From positions 1,920,001-1,984,000 of the forward strand of contig OZ245838.1 of NCBI GenBank assembly GCA_965228735.1: a stretch of DNA of 64,000 bases. The letters are read 5' to 3'. The stretch's first letter is position 1. Each line of letters begins with the position of its first letter. This stretch comes from Planctomycetota bacterium (lineage in GTDB: Bacteria; Planctomycetota; UBA1135; UBA2386). Below the pieces are notes generated by a model. That model was given only the letters and a program-made list of their open reading frames with translations. It was not told where the DNA came from and made no database searches. The position numbers were made by a program, and so were the translations under genes. Positions 9,118 through 17,126 of the stretch are shown piece by piece.

Positions 9118-9498
9118 ATGCGCCGCAGAGAACCGAAGCCGAAGACGCGCAAGCCGACGCCACTGCCGGCTGACCTGCAGGCGTTTCTCGCCGAAGTCCA
9201 CGGCCGGATCGAGGCCGGGGACGAGACCACGCTGGTCGAGTCCGACGACTTGCTGCAGTGCGCGAACGCCTACGGCGGTCGCTGCGTCGGCGGCAACGGT
9301 GAGTTCGGGTTCACCTACTTCCCGGAGTCCAGCGCCCGCCCGGGATGGGAGTTCGTGCTCACCGCCGCGGAGATCGGCCACATCGCACGCCGCGCCGTGA
9401 CGCAGCTCGAGCTGTGGTGCTGCGAAGCGCCCGGCTGCACGTTCCGTTCCTCGCTGCAGGACGACACGTGCCGTGTGCACGACTGGGTCGACGAGTAA
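9118..9498 (+). CDS. Hypothetical protein with C-terminal Cys/His cluster (possible Zn site)
   Basis: ...WCCEAPGC...TCRVH; protein-like composition. Confidence 0.6.
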   Translation: MRRREPKPKTRKPTPLPADLQAFLAEVHGRIEAGDETTLVESDDLLQCANAYGGRCVGGNGEFGFTYFPESSARPGWEFVLTAAEIGHIARRAVTQLELWCCEAPGCTFRSSLQDDTCRVHDWVDE

Positions 9499-9565
9499 CT
9501 GCGCAGCAACTAGACCGTTCCCGAGTGCGACCGTGGCCGGCGGCACGGCGGGCGACACCGACGTC

Positions 9566-12064
9566 TCAGTTCCCCACGATCATCCTGGCCGCATCCGACA
9601 TCACCGCGCCGGCCTGGTTCGCTGCCGAGTCGAGAACCACGCACTGACTGTAGAGCGTCGTGCCGAGATAGGAGACGCTGCTCGGGATCGCGATCCCCCA
9701 CGTGGCGACGTTGTTCTGGCCGACGAGGAACGTGACGCGGTCGAGGCTGACGGACAGCGCGCAGCCGGCAAGACCGAACGGATCGAGCAACAACGGCAGC
9801 GACCCGAGGAGCGAACTCGTGTCGCTGAAGCCCACGACCAACAGGCCAGCGTCCTGCGGCATGTTCGTGACCTGGGCCGTCATCGTCGCGCCGAGCCGGG
9901 GCGGCTGAATCGCGACGTTGCCGGGCACGCCGAGGGTGCCGCCGCAGCCGGTCGCGAATGTGGAGTAGATCGGCAGACAGGTCTCGAAGCGGGCGGCTGC
10001 CGGACTCACGACGCTGCCGGCTCCCGTGAACCAACCGCCGGCAACGACGTCGCCGCCCGGAGTCACGACCAGCGCGTTCACCGCGGGCGAAGGCGAGAAC
10101 CAGCCGGCGACGCCGGTGTCGAGCGGCGACCAGGCGGTGCCGTCCCAGCGCGCGACGTAGTCGGCCGCGACGCCGCCAGCGGTCGTGAACCAACCGCCCG
10201 CGACGAGTTCGCCGCTCGGCAGCGCCGCGAGGGCGAGGACCGGCGAGAAGTAGGGTATCGCGCCGGTGTTCGTGCCGCCGCCGAGCGCTGACCACGTGAC
10301 GCCGTCCCAACGCGCCACGTGATTGGCGGGAACGCCACCCGCCGCCGTGAAGAAGCCGCCGACCGCCAGGTCCCCGTTCGACAGGACCGCGATCGCCTCG
10401 ACGACACCGTTGACCCCGGCGCCGAGCGCGGACCAGGCGTTGCCGTCCCAACGCGCAACACCGTTCGCCGGAGCTCCCCCCGCCGTCGTGAAGCTGCCGC
10501 CAGCCACGACGTCGCCGTTGTCGCTCGCCGCGAGCGCGAGCACGGGGGAACTCGTCCCCGCCCCCAGGGCCGACCAGGCGCTGCCGTCCCAGCGCGCGAG
10601 GTGATTCACGGTCAGCCCGCCGGCCGTCGTGAAATCGCCGCCGACGATGAGGTCGCCGTTGGGCAGGACCGCGAACGTCCGGACCGCGCCGTTCGTGCCG
10701 ACACCGAGCGGCGACCAACCGACCCCATCCCAGCGCGCGATGTGATTCACCGGGAGGCCACCGGCAGACGTGATCGCGCCTCCGGCGACGAGGTCACCGT
10801 TCGGCAGGGACGCCAACGCGAACACCCAGCCGTGCACCCCCGACCCGAGCGCAGACCAGCCGCTGCCATCCCAGCGCGCTACGTTGTCGCCGGTCACGGC
10901 ACCGTTGAGCCAGCCGCCCGCCACGACGTCGCCATTCGGCAGCGCCGCGAGGGCCCAAACGACCTGATCGAACCCCGCGGCGAGGGCAGACCACGTGCTA
11001 CCGTCCCAGCGCGCAACGTTCTTCGCAGGAACCCCACCGGCAGCACTGAACGCGCCGCCAACGATCAGTTCACCGGTCGCCAGAGTCGAGACCGTCCACA
11101 CTGAAGAAACGGCGATCCCCGCGCCGAGGGGCGACCATCCGGTCCCGTTCCACACTGCGATGCCGTCGATGGCGACGTTGCCCACCTGCCCGAACGTGCC
11201 GCCGGCCACGACGTCGCCGTTCGGCAGCGTCGTGAGCGCATACACGCCGTTGGTCGGACCAGCGCCCAATCCCACCCAGGAGCTGCCGTTCCAACGCGCA
11301 ACCCCGCCGGTCGGCAAGTTGGGTCCGCCCGCCACGACGTCACCGTTCGGCAGGGCGGTAAGCGCACGAACCGAGCCGGTCAGCCCGGGGCCGAACGCCG
11401 ACCAGTTCATGCCGTCCCAGCGCGCCACGTTGTTCGCCCCGAGTCCGCCGGCCTGCGTGAAGTTCCCGCCGACCACGATATCACCGCCGGGAAGCCGCAT
11501 CAGCGCGTGCACGGTGCCGTTCACGCCAGCCGCCAGCGGCGACCAGGCGGTCCCGTTCCAACGCGCGACACCATTCGCCGGCAAGCCGCCGGCCGTCGTG
11601 AAGCTGCCGCCGACGAGGACGTCACCGCCGGGCAGCGTGATCAGCGCGTTCACGTCGCCGTTCGTCCCGGCCCCGAGCGCAACCCAACCCGTGCCGTTCC
11701 AACGCGCGATGTGATTCGCGCTCACCCCGCCGGCCGTCGTGAACTGCCCCCCGGCCACGAGGTCACCGTTCGCCACCGCCGCCACCGCGAACACCGAGCC
11801 GTCCAGGCCTGCGCCGAACGCCGACCACGCGCCGGTCGCCGGATCCCAGGCCGCGAGATCGTCGCCGCGGATCGTTCCGGCCGCCCAGAACCGGCCGCCC
11901 ATGACGAGCCGCGAGGCGGCCGGCCCCGGGCCATCGGGGTCCCACATCGCCGTGGCGTGCACCGCGCCGTTGACGCCCGGAAGACCGCCCATCGAGGTCC
12001 ATTGGTCGCACTGAGCCGTGACGACGGAGGCGGCGGTCAGGGCGCAGGTGACGAGGAGGCGCAT
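9566..12064 (-). CDS. Secreted beta-propeller-repeat protein with shared two-Cys C-terminal domain
   Basis: Signal peptide MRLLVTCAL...AQ. More than 12 repeats of ~49 aa (V.AL..LPNGD.V.GG.FT.AGG..AN..ARWDG..WS.LG.G). Confidence 0.9.
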   Translation of the reverse strand: MRLLVTCALTAASVVTAQCDQWTSMGGLPGVNGAVHATAMWDPDGPGPAASRLVMGGRFWAAGTIRGDDLAAWDPATGAWSAFGAGLDGSVFAVAAVANGDLVAGGQFTTAGGVSANHIARWNGTGWVALGAGTNGDVNALITLPGGDVLVGGSFTTAGGLPANGVARWNGTAWSPLAAGVNGTVHALMRLPGGDIVVGGNFTQAGGLGANNVARWDGMNWSAFGPGLTGSVRALTALPNGDVVAGGPNLPTGGVARWNGSSWVGLGAGPTNGVYALTTLPNGDVVAGGTFGQVGNVAIDGIAVWNGTGWSPLGAGIAVSSVWTVSTLATGELIVGGAFSAAGGVPAKNVARWDGSTWSALAAGFDQVVWALAALPNGDVVAGGWLNGAVTGDNVARWDGSGWSALGSGVHGWVFALASLPNGDLVAGGAITSAGGLPVNHIARWDGVGWSPLGVGTNGAVRTFAVLPNGDLIVGGDFTTAGGLTVNHLARWDGSAWSALGAGTSSPVLALAASDNGDVVAGGSFTTAGGAPANGVARWDGNAWSALGAGVNGVVEAIAVLSNGDLAVGGFFTAAGGVPANHVARWDGVTWSALGGGTNTGAIPYFSPVLALAALPSGELVAGGWFTTAGGVAADYVARWDGTAWSPLDTGVAGWFSPSPAVNALVVTPGGDVVAGGWFTGAGSVVSPAAARFETCLPIYSTFATGCGGTLGVPGNVAIQPPRLGATMTAQVTNMPQDAGLLVVGFSDTSSLLGSLPLLLDPFGLAGCALSVSLDRVTFLVGQNNVATWGIAIPSSVSYLGTTLYSQCVVLDSAANQAGAVMSDAARMIVGN

Positions 12065-12238
12065 GGGTTTGGAATAGTCCGGGTTCCGGGCCAACGTCAC
12101 GCCGTTCTCGGGTCGGCCGAGTCTCGGCGGTCCGAGGCGATCGACTGGGCCCCCGGCCGCCGAACCGCAGCCACGCGAACGGAATCCACCCTCCGCCGGT
12201 ATCCTCTGACAGCGCCCTCACCCGCCACCCAACACCCC

Positions 12239-13063
12239 ATGAGCTACTTCGCCGACGAACCCGACCTCAACGATCCCACGCACTGCCAGGTCACCGAACT
12301 CGAACGGGACGTCGAGATCGCCGACGGGGTCACCGTCGAGCGCCGCAGCGTGCTCCTGCTGTCCGCCGCCGCGGTCGGGGCGATGCTGACCGGCTCGCGC
12401 ACCGTGCGCGCCCAAGACCCGAGACCACAGAACCCGAAGCCACAAGGCCCCGAGGCAACACCGTCGAACGGGCTGACCTACGAGGAGTTCCTCGCCGAGG
12501 TCCTGCCGCAGTCGCGCCAGCTGCTCAGCAACGCGGGCAAGGGCGAGAGCGCCTACCTGATGACGGTCGCGGCCGCGATGCTGCGCATCCGCGATCACGA
12601 AGCGCCTCTACGCCAGACGATGCAGGCGTTCCGCAAACAGCACGCGACCGATGGCGAACGATTTCCGCTGTCGGCCATGGCGATGAAGCTCGGCGCCGGC
12701 AAGGGCTTCAAGCATCACGATCACCTCGACTACAACGGCGTGATCCTCGGCATCGAGGGCGAGGTCCGGATCCGCAACTACGACTTCGTCGGCGAGGCGC
12801 CGGCGCTGGATTCGGAGAAGACGTTCGAGATCCGCGAGACGCGCGACGAGCTGATCCTGCCGGGCGGGATCTCGACGCTCGGCAGCAAACGGAACAACGT
12901 CCACGACCTCGTCGCCGGCAAGGAGGGCGCGCGCGTCCTCGACGTGTTCACGTTCTTCAGCAAGCGCGCGACGTCGCGCTGGCTCGACGTCGAGCCCGAG
13001 CCCGTCGACGCCGAGCGCCGCGTCTACGAGGCGCGCTGGCGGCCGCGGCGTCGCCGGCGCTGA
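12239..13063 (+). CDS. Tat-signal cupin, PCO/ADO (thiol dioxygenase)-like
   Basis: ERRSVLLLSAAAVG...VRA/Q signal. Cupin motifs HHDH...GEVRIRNYD...NNVH...ARVLDV resemble the PCO/ADO HxH...GNxH...AVLDV arrangement. Confidence 0.7.
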   Translation: MSYFADEPDLNDPTHCQVTELERDVEIADGVTVERRSVLLLSAAAVGAMLTGSRTVRAQDPRPQNPKPQGPEATPSNGLTYEEFLAEVLPQSRQLLSNAGKGESAYLMTVAAAMLRIRDHEAPLRQTMQAFRKQHATDGERFPLSAMAMKLGAGKGFKHHDHLDYNGVILGIEGEVRIRNYDFVGEAPALDSEKTFEIRETRDELILPGGISTLGSKRNNVHDLVAGKEGARVLDVFTFFSKRATSRWLDVEPEPVDAERRVYEARWRPRRRRR

Positions 13064-13065
13064 CG

Positions 13066-13497
13066 ATGCGGTTGCTCTGCTTCCTCGCGAAGCGCTTCCA
13101 CTGGCAGAGCTTCAGCAAGACGCTCGAGCAGGTCGGGAACGCGCCGCTCCCCGATGTCGACGTCGATGACGGGTTGGCGAACTGCGTCGTCGTGTTCGCG
13201 CACGCCGAGGCCGCGGACGAGCCCGAGGAGGCCCGGAAGCGCGTGTTCAAGCACACGCTCAAGCACGTCAAGTGGCTCGCGAACAAGCGCGACCTGCGCC
13301 ACGTCGTGCTGCACTCGTTCACCCACCTCGGCGCCACGAGCTCGACGCCGGAGTTCGCCCGCACGTTCCTGGACGATCTCGCGCAGCGGCTGACCGACAC
13401 GGGCTACGTCGTCAAGACGACGCCGTTCGGCTACTTCTGCGAGTGGAGCCTCGATGTGTTCGGCGAGAGCCTCGCGAAGGTCTACAAGCAGATCTGA
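13066..13497 (+). CDS. Free-standing archaeal-type threonyl-tRNA synthetase editing domain (tRNA-Thr_ED, DTD-like fold)
   Basis: 143 aa. MRLL start, VVLHSFTHL (cf. YPFAHL), TPFGYF (cf. APFGYY), GESLAK (cf. GHPLAE). Confidence 0.8.
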   Translation: MRLLCFLAKRFHWQSFSKTLEQVGNAPLPDVDVDDGLANCVVVFAHAEAADEPEEARKRVFKHTLKHVKWLANKRDLRHVVLHSFTHLGATSSTPEFARTFLDDLAQRLTDTGYVVKTTPFGYFCEWSLDVFGESLAKVYKQI

Positions 13498-13568
13498 GAG
13501 GCGTGGCGGGCGGCCGCGCCGTTGACTTCGGGGCAGTCTACCCGTCGCATCGGGGGCAGAATCGACCG

Positions 13569-14159
13569 ATGGCCAAGCACCTCCGTTACCCCACTCTCGT
13601 CGCCCTCCCCACCCTCCTGTTCGCGAGCTGCCAGAGCGGCCCGATCGACAACGCCTGGGCGTTGCGCGCCAGCAAGGTCGAGGCCGCCGTCGACGGCAAC
13701 GGGCGGTTCGTCGAGGTCGAGTATCACATCTCGCCGGACCTCGTTCCGGTGGCCGTTCGCGGCGCGATGTCCGACCTCCGACCCGGCACGACGATCGACG
13801 GCGCCGAGTACGAGATCGAGAACGGCGCGACGTTCTACGAACTCACGGGCACGCATGACGGCCGCGGCGTCGCGGCGATGTTCTCGGCGGCCGGCGAGCT
13901 ACACGTTCTCGAGATCCAGATCGACCCGAGTTCCGAACCCGCGATCACGCGCGCGGTCCTGCGGCGCTGGCCCGGCGGGACGGTACAGGCGGTCGAGGAG
14001 GTCCGGGACGGCGAACAGCTGCTCGTCGCCTATCACGTCGACCTCGAGTTCGAGGGCCGCGCGCTGAAGGTCACGGTCGATCGCGACGCGAACGTCACCG
14101 CGGCCGTGCGCGAGATGGAGGCCGAGCTCGAGGTGCCGGTCGAGCTGCCGAAGCTGTAG
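13569..14159 (+). CDS. Lipoprotein with PepSY-like repeats
   Basis: Lipobox LFAS/C and two VP.AV...-E.E....YE..-type repeats. Confidence 0.65.
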   Translation: MAKHLRYPTLVALPTLLFASCQSGPIDNAWALRASKVEAAVDGNGRFVEVEYHISPDLVPVAVRGAMSDLRPGTTIDGAEYEIENGATFYELTGTHDGRGVAAMFSAAGELHVLEIQIDPSSEPAITRAVLRRWPGGTVQAVEEVRDGEQLLVAYHVDLEFEGRALKVTVDRDANVTAAVREMEAELEVPVELPKL

Positions 14160-14174
14160 CGGGCGCCACGGCGA

Positions 14175-17039
14175 CTATCGCTCGTGCTCCTGCGCCAGGG
14201 CCCGGATCCGCGGATCCGAGTCGAGCACACCCTCATGCACGAGTAGTCCGCACCGCCACAGCCCCGGATCGCGCGAAGCAAGCGCTCGATATGCCGCGAG
14301 TCGGACACCGGCGTCCACGTGCAACGTCTGATGGACGACGTCACGCTCGAGAGCCGTGGACCACGTCGGCTGTTCGGCGGCCAACTCGAGCGCGCTGCGT
14401 CTCGTCACCGGCGACCCGGCCAAGAACCCGGCCAACTGCTCCTGTCGCAAGGCCGGGTAGATCTCACGGATCGTAGCCTCGTCGACATCGATACCGGCCA
14501 GGGCAACTTCCGCCGGCCGCACCCTCGGTGAAGCTCGCAGACGCGCGGCAGGATCCAGCCTGAGCTGGGCCGCCACCAGAATCGGACTCGGATTGGTCGA
14601 GCCTTTTCGTCCACTCGCGGGCAGCCGATCGGTCAGCCCCCCCAGGTTCGGGATCGGCAGGTTGGCGAGCAAAGCGGCTCCGACGACCGCCGCCAAGGCC
14701 CGCGACTCCGACTGACCGAGCTGCCGTTCGACGACCTCGGCCGCGATCTCGCGCCCCGCCTCGCCGAGTGCGCTCGAACGCCGAATCACTGCGAGCCCGA
14801 CTTCGAGCGCGGTAGCCGCACCCAACGCTCGCAGCGCGCGCAAGTCGTCGGCCGGCGACGAAGGCGACGCGCGCGCGATGCTCCCGGCAAGCCCGGGGCC
14901 CCATTCGTCCGCCGTCGCGCGATCGGCTGGGAGAATCGCCGCCAGTTCCGGGAGCGAGCGGAACGAGTTGCCGAGTGCGCGAACCGCAAGTTCCTTGGGC
15001 ACCTGGCCCCCGCTGGCCAGCGCGATCAGGCGTTCCCAGCGATCAGGGCTCAGCCCGGACAACGCCCAAGCGAGGTCCTGACGTCGCTGCCCACCAGCAC
15101 GCCATTCCCGAACGAGCACATCGGGCGCGAATACGCCGACCGCCTGGACTGCATGACGGTCGCACCCAGTCTGAAGCACGTGTTGCGCCCGCTCAGCCGG
15201 CACCACATCGAGCCGCCTGAGATCCAGCAACAACGAATGGCGCTCGTCCTCGCCGGCGAGTGCCTCGTCGTATGCCGGCAGCACCTCTTCCGGCACGCTC
15301 ACGAACAGCGCCCGGATCGCGGCCGGGATGAGCACCGATTCCGGATCGGATGTCGGGGCGAACCCCAATCCCGCTCCGCCCAGACGTGGATGCAGCAACT
15401 TGAACAGCCGCTTCGCCTCCGGCGGCGACAACGCTGGCGCGAGGCGAACGACGCACTCGAGCAGCAACCGGCGGTGCGAGGCCGAGGTGTCCAGCGTGTT
15501 CGGCATGCGCGCTCTGCGAGGCCGGTTCTTCGCCGCCAACGCGGACTCCAACGCAGCCATCAGCGGCTCCGCGAGGGGCGTGGCATGGTGCGATGCAGCC
15601 GTGAACAAGGCCTGCGAGGGCCGGTTGGCGGGCGGCCCCACCGGAGGCGGCCCCATCATGCAGATCGTGGACCGCGCGCGAGCGAAGAACAACCGCGCCC
15701 GATCCTGATCGAGCGCGTCGACCGCGATCGCGACGAGTCGATCGAGCAACGCGGAATCCGCCGTCTGCGCGAGCAGCCGATCGGCCAGTATGGCCGCGGC
15801 ATCCTCGACCCGCGCGTCGCCGTGATCGAGCAACGCGAGCACGATGCCGGCCGAACGCTGCGCCACCGCCAGCGGCATCGTGTCGAGCTGCGCGAGCGCG
15901 TGCATCGCACGCACGGTGACATCGCCGGTGTCCGCGTTCGCGGCCAGGCCGAGCACCGTCCGGTAGTGCTCCGGGTGCAGCTCCGCGGCCTGTCGGAAGT
16001 ACTCCGTTGCCAGTTGGAACTCTGGCGTCGGCGCCCGCACCCGCGATCCACTTGCCCCGCTTGGCCCCGGCTTTCGCCCCTTCGGATCTGGATCCGGCGG
16101 AACCCGCTCTGCTGCCGCAAGGAACGCTCGTGCGAGGCGCCGCCGCGCCGCCGCCGGCAGCGCACCCTGCGTCGTCGATCGCACCATCGCCCCCGCGGGC
16201 GACCGCCCGGCGTCGAGCGCACGCGCCATGCGTCGCGCGGTCCGCTCGTTGAGACCGAGACGCGGGATGTGCGTTTCCTCGCCGAGCATCGCGACGATCT
16301 CCGGTCGCTGCTCGTACTTCAGCAATCGTCGAAGCGCCCAACTCGCCCGCGCCCGCACGCGGTCGTCGGGGTCCGCGAGGGCACCACGCAAGACGAACGG
16401 GCTCACGCGGTAACGATCGTTCGCGACGAACGCCCACACGTGAAAGGCAGACTGCTCCCGGGCGACCGCCGTGCACGCCTCCACCTGCTCGATCTGCCCA
16501 GTGGCCGCGGCCCGGTAGAGCGCCCGTCCGGACGCCTGCAGCCGAGCGTCGCGATGGCGCAGCCAGGATTCGAACACCGCAGGCACCGCCTGCGCAGCCA
16601 CGAACTCGAAGTCCACGCGCTCGTCCGCGTCCGCAGCCGCGTGACGTGCGACCGACTCATCGTGAAACCACTCGCACTTCGCGAGCACGCTCGCCCAACG
16701 CCGGCGACACTCCGGTCGCTCGTCCCACGATGCCCAGATCTCGGTCCGGCGCGTCGCCAGCGCCGCCACGACGCGATCCCTCGACCCCCCTGGCAAGTCC
16801 GCCCGTCGCGCGGCGACCGCCACGAACAGGTCGTCGAGCGCCGCAGCCGCGACGAGTTCGCGCAGATCGGTCTGATCGAAACGCGAAGCCGCAGCGACCA
16901 CACGAACCCCGAGATCCATCTGCTCCGCCGAAGGCTCCTGCGCGAGCGGCTCCTGCGCGATCAGGCAGATCGAACCCGCCAAGGGCAGCCAACCAGCGGC
17001 GGCCAGCGCGACGTTCTGCCAGACTCGTCCCACGCTCAT
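14175..17039 (-). CDS. Large secreted alpha-helical (HEAT-like) protein, paralogue 1
   Basis: Signal peptide; LADPDDRVRARASWAL HEAT-like motif; colinear similarity to 17127-19931. Confidence 0.8.
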   Translation of the reverse strand: MSVGRVWQNVALAAAGWLPLAGSICLIAQEPLAQEPSAEQMDLGVRVVAAASRFDQTDLRELVAAAALDDLFVAVAARRADLPGGSRDRVVAALATRRTEIWASWDERPECRRRWASVLAKCEWFHDESVARHAAADADERVDFEFVAAQAVPAVFESWLRHRDARLQASGRALYRAAATGQIEQVEACTAVAREQSAFHVWAFVANDRYRVSPFVLRGALADPDDRVRARASWALRRLLKYEQRPEIVAMLGEETHIPRLGLNERTARRMARALDAGRSPAGAMVRSTTQGALPAAARRRLARAFLAAAERVPPDPDPKGRKPGPSGASGSRVRAPTPEFQLATEYFRQAAELHPEHYRTVLGLAANADTGDVTVRAMHALAQLDTMPLAVAQRSAGIVLALLDHGDARVEDAAAILADRLLAQTADSALLDRLVAIAVDALDQDRARLFFARARSTICMMGPPPVGPPANRPSQALFTAASHHATPLAEPLMAALESALAAKNRPRRARMPNTLDTSASHRRLLLECVVRLAPALSPPEAKRLFKLLHPRLGGAGLGFAPTSDPESVLIPAAIRALFVSVPEEVLPAYDEALAGEDERHSLLLDLRRLDVVPAERAQHVLQTGCDRHAVQAVGVFAPDVLVREWRAGGQRRQDLAWALSGLSPDRWERLIALASGGQVPKELAVRALGNSFRSLPELAAILPADRATADEWGPGLAGSIARASPSSPADDLRALRALGAATALEVGLAVIRRSSALGEAGREIAAEVVERQLGQSESRALAAVVGAALLANLPIPNLGGLTDRLPASGRKGSTNPSPILVAAQLRLDPAARLRASPRVRPAEVALAGIDVDEATIREIYPALRQEQLAGFLAGSPVTRRSALELAAEQPTWSTALERDVVHQTLHVDAGVRLAAYRALASRDPGLWRCGLLVHEGVLDSDPRIRALAQEHER

Positions 17040-17126
17040 GACCCGATGATCGCAAGTCCCGAGCGTTCCGCAAGGGGCGCGGCGGTCACCGCACTGGGCG
17101 AGGGAGCAACGAGTGTGGAATCGCGT

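Noticed and set aside
9966..11990. CRISPR-like or DGR-like repeats
   Set aside because: The repeats are degenerate, in-frame protein repeats. No constant repeat/spacer array, cas gene or reverse transcriptase was seen anywhere in the window.
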